From positions 2,648 to 34,647 of the forward strand of contig JANXEK010000015.1 in NCBI GenBank assembly GCA_025058595.1: a DNA stretch of 32,000 nt, read 5' to 3'. The first letter of the stretch is position 1. Each line of letters opens with the position of its first letter. The stretch comes from Candidatus Bathyarchaeota archaeon (GTDB lineage: Archaea > Thermoproteota > CALKCG01 > B24 > DRYS01). The notes beneath the pieces were generated by a model, which saw nothing but the letters and a program-made list of their open reading frames with translations, was not told the origin of the DNA and made no database searches. A program made the translations under genes and the position numbers. This document shows, in pieces, positions 16,829 through 26,198 of the stretch.

Positions 16829-17080
16829 TTGAATAGAAGGACTAGACCGGTAATCTTAACGGTTATAAACCTCTTCCTACTAGCACTCATACTATACTTT
16901 CTATGGTTCTCCTTTCTACCGCTCTTCAGGTTTTCAGGTATGTATACCGAAATAACGGCTGCCGTTACGATGATATCTATAGCCTTCGTTATAGCCGTAG
17001 CTATCTCCATATATATAGCTTGGAGAGCTTATAGAAGATCGATCGAGGAGGGATCGATCGAGGAAGAGATAAGTTTATAA
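16829..17080 (+). CDS. Hypothetical small membrane protein (83 aa, two TM helices, acidic C-terminal tail)
   Basis: TTG start 4 nt after the preceding stop. The layout is a basic N-terminus (NRRTR), two hydrophobic helices, then the charged tail RAYRRSIEEGSIEEEISL. No recognisable family. Confidence 0.4.
   Translation: MNRRTRPVILTVINLFLLALILYFLWFSFLPLFRFSGMYTEITAAVTMISIAFVIAVAISIYIAWRAYRRSIEEGSIEEEISL
17037..17066 (+). repeat. Tandem 15-nt direct duplication (GATCGATCGAGGAGG / GATCGATCGAGGAAG)
   Basis: Read directly from the sequence, with 14 of 15 positions identical. It encodes the SIEEG-SIEEE repeat in the tail of ORF 16829-17080. Confidence 0.8.
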
Positions 17081-17165
17081 GCAGTACTTTATGCGTTATC
17101 TATGCACCTCGTATAGAGGTAGCCAAGGAACGATATATGCATAGTAGTAATAAAGGTGAGAGTAT

Positions 17166-18413
17166 ATGGCGACGCAAATCCTCGTAGTTAAATTCGGAGG
17201 GAAAAGTTTAGCTACGCCAGATCGTATCAAGCTAGCTGTATCCAAGGTTGTCGAAGCTGTTAGGAAGGGATATAAAATCGTAGTCGTAGTCTCTGCTATA
17301 GGGGATACCACGGATAGATTGATAGAGCTTCTAGAATCTGTATGCGAAGGACGAGGTGATCCTAGGTTTAGAGATGAAGTCTTATCGATGGGTGAAAGGC
17401 TTAGCGCCAGGTTATTCGCCGCGTCACTTAAATCCACCGGTTTAGAAGCTAGATTCCTAGATCCTAGAGACGATGATTGGCCGATAATAACTGATGAAGC
17501 TTTCGGAGATGCCTCCCCGCTAGATGAATCGATAGAACGGATAAACATGTACGTTAAACCTCTAATAGATTCAGGTATCATACCTGTGATACCTGGCTTC
17601 ATAGGTAGATCAAGAAATGGTTGTATAACTACCCTCGGTAGAGGTGGAAGCGATACCACAGCATTCCTTGTAGCTAAAGGTCTCTCCGCCGATCAGGTTA
17701 TACTTGTAACAGATGTAGATGGCATCATGACTGCCGACCCCAAGATAGTTTCCAACCCTAAACGTATAGATGCGATATGCGTGCATGATCTATCTATACT
17801 AGCAGATGTCGGAGCTAAATTCATCCATAAGAAGGCGTTAGCGTATAAGGATCCATCGATAGATGTTAAAGTGTTAAGCTTTAAATCTGCAAGCCTCGAA
17901 GATCAGGGTACCATAATAAAAGGTGGGTTTGAAAGGAGGATGGATGTAACGCAGGTATACGATAAACCTATAGGATACATAACGATTTTAGGCGAAGATG
18001 TAGCTTCGCATACCGAGATCCTATGCGAAACCCTATCGATAATAGGCTCCACCGGATCCATGCTTGGTTTATCATGCGATAATCGATCCATAATAGTATA
18101 TATGCCTGAGGATCTATGCATCGATATAGCCGATAGAGTCCACCGATTAGTCGAGAAGTATAGTGGGAAGGTTAAAGCTATAGCCGTACGTAGAGGTTTA
18201 TGTATGTTAGCTGTGAGAGGCTTCGGGCTCGAGGAATCGCCAGGGATTATAGCGAGTGTATCCAAACCTTTAAGCGAGAAGAATATAAACATACACGGTG
18301 TGTACACGGTATCATCTACAGTCTTCATCCTAGTCGATTGGAGTGTTAAAGATGTAGTCTTCTCCATTCTGAAAAGTGTTTTCGATGAGAGGTGGAATCC
18401 GTGTACAGTGTAG
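17166..18413 (+). CDS. ask: Aspartate kinase
   Basis: 415 aa. VVKFGGKSL, VVVVSAIGDTTD, GERLSARL, IPVIPGFIG....ITTLGRGGSDTTA and ILVTDVDGIMTADP are amino-acid-kinase/aspartokinase motifs. The C-terminal ~140 aa look like an ACT-type regulatory region. A GGTGAG SD lies 8 nt upstream. Confidence 0.93.
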   Translation: MATQILVVKFGGKSLATPDRIKLAVSKVVEAVRKGYKIVVVVSAIGDTTDRLIELLESVCEGRGDPRFRDEVLSMGERLSARLFAASLKSTGLEARFLDPRDDDWPIITDEAFGDASPLDESIERINMYVKPLIDSGIIPVIPGFIGRSRNGCITTLGRGGSDTTAFLVAKGLSADQVILVTDVDGIMTADPKIVSNPKRIDAICVHDLSILADVGAKFIHKKALAYKDPSIDVKVLSFKSASLEDQGTIIKGGFERRMDVTQVYDKPIGYITILGEDVASHTEILCETLSIIGSTGSMLGLSCDNRSIIVYMPEDLCIDIADRVHRLVEKYSGKVKAIAVRRGLCMLAVRGFGLEESPGIIASVSKPLSEKNINIHGVYTVSSTVFILVDWSVKDVVFSILKSVFDERWNPCTV

Positions 18414-19477
18414 CTGTAGTAGGCGCTACAGGCGTCGTAGGTCAGCAATTCTTAGTAGCTCTAGATAACCATCCATGGTTTAAAGTAGAGTGCCTCGCAG
18501 CATCACCTAGATCTGCCGGTAAACCATATATAGAGGCTTTAAAGGGGTCTGAGGGCGAGGTTAGATGGTTCTGCGATGAGCCTATACCTGAGGGGTTCAT
18601 CGATATGGAGGTTGAGGATTCATCGGATATAGATCCATCAGATTTCGATCTAATATTCACAGCCGTAGAATCTGATGTAGCTTCGAAGATCGAACCGAGA
18701 TACGCTGAGGAGACACCTGTAGTTAGTACGGCATCAGCTTTCAGGTATGAGGAGGATATACCGATACTAGTACCTGGAGTTAACGATGGGCATACAAGGC
18801 TTATAGAGATACAGAGGAAACGTAGAGGATGGAGAGGCTTCATAACTCCTATACCGAACTGTACCACTACAGGTTTAGTCGTAACGTTGAAACCTCTTAT
18901 GGATGAATTCGGTTTAGAAAGGGTTATCATGACCTCGATGCAAGCTTTATCGGGCGCCGGTAGATCACCGGGTGTATTAGCGCTCGACATAATAGATAAT
19001 ATCATACCGTATATAAAAGGAGAGGAGTGGAAGGTTGAAATCGAGAGTAAAAAGATTCTAGGATCCATAGCTAACGATAGGATAGAACCCGCTGATTTTA
19101 AGATAAGCTGTACGTGTACGCGTGTATTCGTTAAGGATGGTCATACGGAGGTTGTCTACGCTTCTTTGAAGCGTAGGGCATCTATAGAGGAGATTAAAGA
19201 GGCGTTCATAAGTTTCGGTGAATCTGTCTTCAAGGATTCAGGGCTTCCCTCAGCTCCTCGACGCTTTATAGTATGCTTTGACGACCCATTCCGTCCTCAG
19301 CCTAGACTCGATAGAGATCTATATGGAGGTATGGCTGTAGCTGTAGGGCGTATAAGAGAGGATCCAGCTCTAGAAAACGGTGTCAAATATATACTCCTAT
19401 CGCATAATACTCGTCTAGGCGCGGCTAAAGGAGCTGTGCTAGTAGCAGAGCTCCTCGTTAAGGAGGGTATCGTATGA
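18392..19477 (+). CDS. asd: Aspartate-semialdehyde dehydrogenase
   Basis: 361 aa. It has the Rossmann motif VAVVGATGVVGQ, the active-site Cys block IPNCTTTGL, and SMQALSGAG. The start is GTG at 18392 or the in-frame GTG at 18401. Either start overlaps the ask 3' end. Confidence 0.93.
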   Translation: MESVYSVAVVGATGVVGQQFLVALDNHPWFKVECLAASPRSAGKPYIEALKGSEGEVRWFCDEPIPEGFIDMEVEDSSDIDPSDFDLIFTAVESDVASKIEPRYAEETPVVSTASAFRYEEDIPILVPGVNDGHTRLIEIQRKRRGWRGFITPIPNCTTTGLVVTLKPLMDEFGLERVIMTSMQALSGAGRSPGVLALDIIDNIIPYIKGEEWKVEIESKKILGSIANDRIEPADFKISCTCTRVFVKDGHTEVVYASLKRRASIEEIKEAFISFGESVFKDSGLPSAPRRFIVCFDDPFRPQPRLDRDLYGGMAVAVGRIREDPALENGVKYILLSHNTRLGAAKGAVLVAELLVKEGIV

Positions 19478-20289
19478 GGATCTACATGGGTAAGGAGAGG
19501 AGGTTGAGTAGGATATTCAGGAGTGATGGCATGACTGTCATAGTCCCTATGGATCATAGCGTAACCACTGGTCCTATGGAAGGCTTAACAGATATGCAGC
19601 GTACCGTGGATAGTTTGAAATGCGGCTACGTAGACGCTATAGTCCTCCATAAAGGTATAGCTAAATATATCGATAACGGTAATCTAGCGTTGATACTACA
19701 TCTCTCTGGGAGTACTGTCAGGAGTATGGATCCGAACTGGAAGGTTCAGGTATCTTCGGTCGAAGAAGCTATACTTCTAGGTGCTGATGCTGTATCCGTC
19801 CATATAAATCTTGGAGCTGAGAGGGAGCATCATATGATTAGAAAGCTTGGGAGGATATCCGATCTATGCGATAGATGGCAGATACCGCTGTTAGCTATGA
19901 TGTATCCTAGAGGTCCTAAAATCTCGTCTGAATATGATGTAGAGGTGGTAGCTCATGCGGCTAGGCTTGGAGCGGAGCTAGGTGCGGATGTAGTTAAAAC
20001 CGTTTATACAGGTGATAAGGAGAGTTTCAGGAAGGTCGTCGAATCATGCCCGGTACCGGTAGTCTTAGCCGGCGGACCTAAATCTCCAGATGTTAAATCC
20101 TTTCTCAGGATGGTGTATGAAGCTGTAGAAGCTGGGGCTAAAGGGGTATCTATAGGTAGGAATGTGTTTCAAGCTAAACCTCCTGAAGCTATGGCTTACG
20201 CCCTGTATAGCATAGTTCATGAGGGAATTGATTTCGAAGAAGCGTATAAACGATTCACGGATTTCGCTAGTAGGAGGTCTGATAGGTGA
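19474..20289 (+). CDS. aroA': 2-amino-3,7-dideoxy-D-threo-hept-6-ulosonate (ADH) synthase, DhnA-type class I aldolase
   Basis: 271 aa. It has DhnA/FbaB-family features ([24 protein letters not shown] with the Schiff-base Lys region, [10 protein letters not shown]). I assign ADH synthase rather than FBP aldolase because it lies between asd and DHQ synthase II with 4-nt overlaps. Confidence 0.8.
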   Translation: MRIYMGKERRLSRIFRSDGMTVIVPMDHSVTTGPMEGLTDMQRTVDSLKCGYVDAIVLHKGIAKYIDNGNLALILHLSGSTVRSMDPNWKVQVSSVEEAILLGADAVSVHINLGAEREHHMIRKLGRISDLCDRWQIPLLAMMYPRGPKISSEYDVEVVAHAARLGAELGADVVKTVYTGDKESFRKVVESCPVPVVLAGGPKSPDVKSFLRMVYEAVEAGAKGVSIGRNVFQAKPPEAMAYALYSIVHEGIDFEEAYKRFTDFASRRSDR

Positions 20290-21362
20290 AGGAGCTTTGG
20301 CTTACATTCCCCTCGGATGTAGAGCTCGAAGAAGTTGAGAGGATTCTTTCTAAGCTTAGCGATATATGCGACGGGGTGATAATCGAATCAAAGATCGCTA
20401 TACCCTATAGTCAAGGCTTTAAGATATCTCCCACTAAGAGCGAGCCAGGTATAGCTATAGCGTACAGCGTCGAAGATCTTGAGAAGAACGTATCGGAGGG
20501 TAGGAGGGTTGCTTATATACTAGAATTGAAGGCGGGTGTAGATATAGAGTCTACATCCCGCGTTATCGATAGCATCGATACGAGATCTGGTCTGCTAGAA
20601 TTCATACTAGTTAAGTGTAGGGATTGGCGTGTGATACCTTTAGAGAATCTAATCGCGATGCTCAAAGGGAGGGTGAAGCTTTTAGCTGAAGCCCACTCTA
20701 TCGATGAAGCTCTACTACTAGCTAACATATTAGAGTTAGGTGTTGACGGCTTAGCCGTTAAGATGCTTGATCCCGCATCTATAGCAGCGTTAAGATCTAT
20801 GCTTAAGGGTATGGGGCATCTGGATCTTAGACCCGCTCGTGTATCCTCTATTAAACCTATAGGTTTAGGCGCTAGGGTGTGCATAGATACATGTGAGCTT
20901 ATGAAGCCTGGTGAAGGTATGCTTGTAGGCTGCCAATCGAATTTCCTCTTCTTAGTCGAAGCAGAGGTATGGGAGAATCCATACTTGCAGCCTAGGCCTT
21001 TCAGAGTTAACGCAGGGCCTGTAGGCCTATACGTATATGTACCTGGAGATAAGACTAGGTATCTCTCAGAACTATCGGCGGGTAGCGATGTGCTCGTAGT
21101 CGATCAAAAGGGTCGATGTAGACCTGTAGATGTATGTAGGGTTAAGATAGAGTGGAGACCACTTATACTTATCGAAGCCGTATGCGAGGGATACACCGGT
21201 AAAGTTATACTCCAGAATGCTGAGACTATACGACTTATAACTCCTGATGGATCAAAATCTATAGCTGAGATTCAGCCTGGTAACGAGGTTCTCGTATATA
21301 TAAAACCTGGTGCGAGACATCTCGGAAGATTGGTCGACTCTATGCGTGTGATAGAGAGGTGA
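20286..21362 (+). CDS. aroB': 3-dehydroquinate synthase II (archaeal type)
   Basis: 358 aa, the expected size for DHQS-II. The start is translationally coupled to aroA' (GTGA overlap), and aroD follows. The call rests mainly on context and length. My motif-level recognition is weak. Confidence 0.75.
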   Translation: MKELWLTFPSDVELEEVERILSKLSDICDGVIIESKIAIPYSQGFKISPTKSEPGIAIAYSVEDLEKNVSEGRRVAYILELKAGVDIESTSRVIDSIDTRSGLLEFILVKCRDWRVIPLENLIAMLKGRVKLLAEAHSIDEALLLANILELGVDGLAVKMLDPASIAALRSMLKGMGHLDLRPARVSSIKPIGLGARVCIDTCELMKPGEGMLVGCQSNFLFLVEAEVWENPYLQPRPFRVNAGPVGLYVYVPGDKTRYLSELSAGSDVLVVDQKGRCRPVDVCRVKIEWRPLILIEAVCEGYTGKVILQNAETIRLITPDGSKSIAEIQPGNEVLVYIKPGARHLGRLVDSMRVIER

Positions 21363-21374
21363 AGAATCCAAGTT

Positions 21375-22064
21375 TTGAAGCCTAGGATATGCGTACCTAT
21401 ACCGTGTAGGAGTGCAAGTGAAGCCCTCCCCCTGATAGATGACGCTTGTAAAGCTGAAGCGGATCTTATCGAGTTGAGGTTAGATTATCTAGATGATATA
21501 GGTGATTTCAAATCGGTTACCAGTTATGCGAGGGATCTAGGTATACCTGTTATAGCTACCATCAGATCTAGATCTCATGGAGGCTTCTGGAAGCGGAGTG
21601 AAAGATCTAGGATTAAACTGATGGAGGAAGCTGCGCATTTAGGTGTAGAATATATCGATGTAGAACGCGATACTATGGATATCGAGAGGATCGTGGAAAA
21701 GCTAAAGAGCATCGGTGTCAAAGTTATAGTTTCGCATCACGACTTCGATGGGACACCTGGATTATATATTCTTACATCCCTCTTCGAATCTATGAAGGGT
21801 ACAGGTTGCGATATATGCAAGATAGCTGTTTACGCTAGAAGCTGGGAGGATAGCCTCCTACTCTTAACTTTCACGGTGAACGCTTCTAAGAGGGGTAAAG
21901 TCGTCTGCGTCTCTATGGGACGTTTCGGCTTACCCGCACGTATACTAGCCCCACTTTACGGGTCTGAGTATACCTACGCATCGTTAAGCTATGAGCAGCA
22001 GACAGCCCCTGATCAGATACCTATCGATAGACTTAGACAAGTATACACGGCTCTAGGGCTATGA
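21375..22064 (+). CDS. aroD: 3-dehydroquinate dehydratase, type I
   Basis: 229 aa. ICVPI, DLIELRLD, VIVSHHDF (catalytic His region) and CKIAV (Schiff-base Lys) are present. The TTG start is required to keep the conserved N-terminus. Confidence 0.88.
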   Translation: MKPRICVPIPCRSASEALPLIDDACKAEADLIELRLDYLDDIGDFKSVTSYARDLGIPVIATIRSRSHGGFWKRSERSRIKLMEEAAHLGVEYIDVERDTMDIERIVEKLKSIGVKVIVSHHDFDGTPGLYILTSLFESMKGTGCDICKIAVYARSWEDSLLLLTFTVNASKRGKVVCVSMGRFGLPARILAPLYGSEYTYASLSYEQQTAPDQIPIDRLRQVYTALGL

Positions 22065-22921
22065 AGATCTCTGCTCGTACCAATATATACGGCGTTATAG
22101 GTTACCCTATAGAGCATAGTCTAAGTCCTCTAATACATAACGCCGCTATAAATGCCTTAGGCATAGATGCCGTATATGTAGCGTTCCACGTTAAACCAGG
22201 TACGCTTAGAGAGGCTATCTACGGTATGAAAGCACTCGGAGTTAAAGGGTTTAACGTAACTATGCCCTTCAAGACAGAGATAATCCCCTACCTCGATCGG
22301 CTTGATGAAGAAGCTATCTTCGTGGAAGCCGTTAACACCGTAGTAGAGGTCGATGGAGTGTTCGTAGGATATACAACCGATGGATTAGGCGCTTTCGAAG
22401 TCCTGAAATCTATGGTGAAAAATCTGGATGGTCTCGATGTAGTCGTGATCGGGGCTGGAGGTGCTGCTAGAGCATTGATATACCATCTATCGAAGCTTCC
22501 ATGCGGTATAACGATACTTAATAGGAGTATAGAGAAAGCTAAGATTATAGTAGAGAAGCTTCAACCATACTCCAACGCTAAGCTTACATACGGCGGCTTA
22601 TCTAAGGATTACCAGGAGGAGGCTATACCTAAAGCTCATGTGATAGTTAACGCTACCCCAGTAGGGATGACTACACCTGGATGCCCCATCTCACCATCGC
22701 TGATAGGATGCAAGCATATAGTCTTCGATATGATATACTGGCCCCCAGAGACTCAGCTTCTAATCGAGGCTAAGCTTAGAGGAGCTACCACCGTTAACGG
22801 CCTACCGATGCTAGTATACCAGGCGGCGTACTCCTTTAAACTATGGTTCGGTAGATTTCCCCCTCTAGACGTCATGTTCAAAGCTGCGGAGGAGGGGCTG
22901 TCAAAATATGGGGAGAGGTAG
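22061..22921 (+). CDS. aroE: Shikimate 5-dehydrogenase
   Basis: 286 aa. Motifs are YGVIGYPIEHSLSPLIHN, GFNVTMPFK, NT....DG...GYTTDG and the GAGGAARA NADP loop. Confidence 0.92.
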   Translation: MKISARTNIYGVIGYPIEHSLSPLIHNAAINALGIDAVYVAFHVKPGTLREAIYGMKALGVKGFNVTMPFKTEIIPYLDRLDEEAIFVEAVNTVVEVDGVFVGYTTDGLGAFEVLKSMVKNLDGLDVVVIGAGGAARALIYHLSKLPCGITILNRSIEKAKIIVEKLQPYSNAKLTYGGLSKDYQEEAIPKAHVIVNATPVGMTTPGCPISPSLIGCKHIVFDMIYWPPETQLLIEAKLRGATTVNGLPMLVYQAAYSFKLWFGRFPPLDVMFKAAEEGLSKYGER

Positions 22922-23795
22922 AGCTGCGACGTCCGCTGCGGTTTCGATCGTTAACGCTCTAGCTACAGGTCTAGGTGCCGCTCTGAGTATAGATCTACAT
23001 CTCGAAGCATACGTAGAGATTAAAAGCGGTCGGGGATTATATGTAGAGTTTGAAGGCTTCCAGCCTAGGGATACGAAGCTTGTAGAAGCTTGTATATCGA
23101 AGGTTACCCGTTACGCAGGGTTAACAAGCGGATACGAAGCTAATGTGAGGATAAGATCCGATATACCTATAGCTAAAGGTTTGAAGAGCAGTAGCGCGGC
23201 TTCCAACGCGATCGTACTAGCGGCTATCGAAGCTTTAGGTATAAGCTTCGATAGCCTTAGGGATAAGTTGAAAACAGCTTTGAATATAGCGGTAGATGCT
23301 TCTCTTGAAGCCGGCGTGACGATCACAGGAGCGTTCGACGATGCATCGGCATCTATGCTTGGAGGCATGGTTGTTACCGATAATTTCAGCCGTGACATCA
23401 TATATAGATCTCGACCCGGTGAAGATTTGAGAGTAGTATTATACATACCTAAAGAGGAACGTTATACATCTGATGTAGATGTAGGTATCCTTAAGAGGCT
23501 GGAGGGATTTTTCAGGTTAGCTTGGCGTCTCGCCGTAGCTGGATACTGGATTGAGGCTATGAATATTAACGGCTTAGCCGTAGCTTCGGCTTTAGGCTAC
23601 GATGTAAACCCGTTGTTGGATGCTTTAGATGCCGGAGCGTTAGCCGCCTCTCCATCTGGTAAGGGGCCTGCGTTAGCTGCGATAGTAAAGGAGGATAGAG
23701 TCGATGGAGTGGTGGATAGATGGTCTAAACTGGAAGGTGAAGTTAAAGTAGTAGGTACGAATAATAGTTATGCGTACAGTCGTAGGGAGGATTAG
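22908..23795 (+). CDS. aroK: Shikimate kinase, archaeal GHMP-kinase type
   Basis: 295 aa. It has the GHMP motif IPIAKGLKSSSAASNA and lies between aroE and EPSP synthase. Confidence 0.85.
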   Translation: MGRGRAATSAAVSIVNALATGLGAALSIDLHLEAYVEIKSGRGLYVEFEGFQPRDTKLVEACISKVTRYAGLTSGYEANVRIRSDIPIAKGLKSSSAASNAIVLAAIEALGISFDSLRDKLKTALNIAVDASLEAGVTITGAFDDASASMLGGMVVTDNFSRDIIYRSRPGEDLRVVLYIPKEERYTSDVDVGILKRLEGFFRLAWRLAVAGYWIEAMNINGLAVASALGYDVNPLLDALDAGALAASPSGKGPALAAIVKEDRVDGVVDRWSKLEGEVKVVGTNNSYAYSRRED

Positions 23796-23800
23796 ATGTA

Positions 23801-25093
23801 TTGAAGGTTCTATTCGAGCATACCGATAGGTTGGAGGGCTCTATACGCAGCCAACCGTCGAAATCCTATATGATCAGGTATCTTATAGCGTCGCTTCTAT
23901 CAAGCGGTGTTACGTATATAGAGAATCCATCGATATGCGATGATACGCTCGCCGTAGTTAAAGCATGCGAGGCTTTCGGTGCTAGGATCGAACCGGGCGA
24001 AAACATCGTTAAGGTATCATCCTCAGGGTGTTTAGAGGCTCCTAGCGATGTGATAGATTGCGGTGGATCGGCTACAGCTATACGCTTCTTATCAGCCGTA
24101 GCTCCGCTAGCTCCTGGGATAACCGTACTAACAGGGGATGAATCGCTAAGGATGAGGCCTATGGGACCCCTACTAGATGCGTTGAGGAGGCTTGGCGTGG
24201 AGGCTTACTCTACACGTATGAACGGTCTCCCACCTATAGTAGTATTCGGTGGAGGTATACCTGGAGGTTGTACATGGGTTGACGGTAGTATAAGTTCTCA
24301 GTATGTATCCGGTCTACTTTTAGCTCTACCTAAAGCTAGGAGGGATTCATCTCTAAGGGTAGTAGGTGAACTCGAATCTAAAGGCTACGTAGATATGACG
24401 TTAACTGTGTTGGAGATGTTCAGGGTTAAGGTTGAGCGTACAGGATATTCGTACTTCGAAGTAGAAGCTGGGCAGGAGTATCATCCTCCAACCTCCTGTA
24501 CGGTTCCAGGCGATTATTCATCCTCATCGTTCATAATCGCAGCATGCTCTATACTCCCATCTAAAGTTAGGATCCATAGCCTCGCAGGATTCGATATACA
24601 ACCGGATAGAATGATAGTCGATATAGTAAGAGATCTCGGGGTGGCTGTTAGGTTTGGCGATGGATACATCGAAATCGAAGGTACCGGCGACCTGATAGGC
24701 GGGTTTGAAGTAGATGTTAGAGATTCCCCAGATCTAGCCCCTCCTCTCGCGGCTTTAGCATGCTTCTGTAAAGGAGTATCTATTATAAGGGGTTGTAGGA
24801 GGCTGAGGTTTAAGGAATCGGATAGATTGAAAGCTATTTCATCGGAGCTTACACGTATAGGGGTTGAAGTCGAGGTAGATGAAGATTCTATAAAGATTCA
24901 TGGATCCGGTTGTGTTGACGGAGGGTATGTGTATTCTTGGATGGATCACAGGATTGCTATGGCTTTCGCGGTGATAGGTTTAGGTAGTCGCCGGGGAGTT
25001 ACCGTTGATGGGTTTGAATCTGTATCTAAATCCTATCCTAGATTCCTAGGGGATTTAGAGGCTTTAGGAGGTAGATTCAGGGTTGTCGGCTAA
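23801..25093 (+). CDS. aroA: 3-phosphoshikimate 1-carboxyvinyltransferase (EPSP synthase)
   Basis: 430 aa. Motifs are QPSKSYMIR (the PSKS Lys motif), CGGSATAIRFL, LRMRPMGPL, SSQYVSGLLLA and RFKESDRL. TTG start; the conserved PSKS block precedes the first in-frame ATG. Confidence 0.93.
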   Translation: MKVLFEHTDRLEGSIRSQPSKSYMIRYLIASLLSSGVTYIENPSICDDTLAVVKACEAFGARIEPGENIVKVSSSGCLEAPSDVIDCGGSATAIRFLSAVAPLAPGITVLTGDESLRMRPMGPLLDALRRLGVEAYSTRMNGLPPIVVFGGGIPGGCTWVDGSISSQYVSGLLLALPKARRDSSLRVVGELESKGYVDMTLTVLEMFRVKVERTGYSYFEVEAGQEYHPPTSCTVPGDYSSSSFIIAACSILPSKVRIHSLAGFDIQPDRMIVDIVRDLGVAVRFGDGYIEIEGTGDLIGGFEVDVRDSPDLAPPLAALACFCKGVSIIRGCRRLRFKESDRLKAISSELTRIGVEVEVDEDSIKIHGSGCVDGGYVYSWMDHRIAMAFAVIGLGSRRGVTVDGFESVSKSYPRFLGDLEALGGRFRVVG

Positions 25094-26198
25094 TAGCTTC
25101 GGTAGACGTCTGGTGATGACGTGTTTCGGTGAGAGCCATGGTAAGCTGGTAGGGGTCATAGTAGATGGATGCCCAGCAGGTTTAAAGATAGATGAGAGGG
25201 ATATACAGAGGGAGCTCGATAAACGTAGACCTGGATCTACACCATACTCTACGAGTAGAGCTGAACCTGATAAAGCTATGATAGTCTCCGGTATTCTGGA
25301 TGGTTATACGACTGGTGCACCTATATGTATAGTGGTAGGCAATAGGGATGTAGATTCTAAGCCATACGAGGTTTTCAGGTTTAAACCTAGACCTGGTCAT
25401 GCTGATTACCCAGCTTACATAAGGTATGGCGGCTTCAACGATTATAGGGGCGGCGGTAGATTCTCGGGTAGGATTACGGTATCGTTCGTAGCGGCTGGAG
25501 CTGTAGCTAAGAAGCTCCTAGAAACAATAGGTATAGAGGTTTATGGACATGTATGCCAGATCGGAGAGGTATCCTCTAGGAGGCTTCCTACCATCGATGA
25601 GTTACGGAAGGTGTATGAAAACCCTGTTAGATGCGCTATACCGGAGCTTATATCCGGTATGGAGGATATTTTGAAGCGTTCTGTGGAAGAGGGTGATAGC
25701 ATAGGTAGTATGGTTGAAGCTTTCGCTTTCAACGTACCTCCAGGCTTAGGCGATCCTATATTCCACGGGCTTGACGTCGATATAGCATCTATAATGCTCG
25801 CTATTCCTGGGGTGAGAGCTTTAAGCATCGGTCTAGGATTCGAAGCTGCTTCGATGAAAGGTTCTGATTTTATAGATCCGTATACCATAGTGGATGGTAG
25901 GGTATCGCAGAAGAGTAATAGATGCGGGGGGATTCTCGGAGGGTTATCTACCGGTAACCCTATACATATTCGTGTATCGTTTAGGCCTCCATCTACGATA
26001 GGTAAGAGGGTTGAGACGATTAACCTTAAGACTATGACTATCGATCATATAGAGGCGTGGGGTAGATACGACCCGTGTATAGGTATAAGAGCCCTCCCAG
26101 TCGTAGAGGGATGTTTAGCTTTCGTTATAGCGGATCACTGTCTGAATCAAGGATTGATACCGGCGGTGATTAGCGGTGAATCTGGAAGAGCTACGTAG
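25083..26198 (+). CDS. aroC: Chorismate synthase
   Basis: 371 aa. NSFGRRLVMTCFGESHG, RPGHADY, GGGRFSGR and GGILGG are chorismate synthase signatures. TTG start; the conserved N-terminal block precedes the first ATG. Confidence 0.95.
   Translation: MSANSFGRRLVMTCFGESHGKLVGVIVDGCPAGLKIDERDIQRELDKRRPGSTPYSTSRAEPDKAMIVSGILDGYTTGAPICIVVGNRDVDSKPYEVFRFKPRPGHADYPAYIRYGGFNDYRGGGRFSGRITVSFVAAGAVAKKLLETIGIEVYGHVCQIGEVSSRRLPTIDELRKVYENPVRCAIPELISGMEDILKRSVEEGDSIGSMVEAFAFNVPPGLGDPIFHGLDVDIASIMLAIPGVRALSIGLGFEAASMKGSDFIDPYTIVDGRVSQKSNRCGGILGGLSTGNPIHIRVSFRPPSTIGKRVETINLKTMTIDHIEAWGRYDPCIGIRALPVVEGCLAFVIADHCLNQGLIPAVISGESGRAT

Noticed and set aside
17096-19068. Long antisense ORFs opposite ask and asd (17096-17659, 17903-18448, 18442-19068). 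Similar ones lie opposite rpoA (8587-9078) and rps7 (11796-12266).
   Set aside because: Each lies entirely within a confidently identified gene on the other strand. Their compositions are low-complexity and rich in Ser, Pro and Leu, with no recognisable motifs. They are the usual shadow ORFs produced by codon bias in the true frame.
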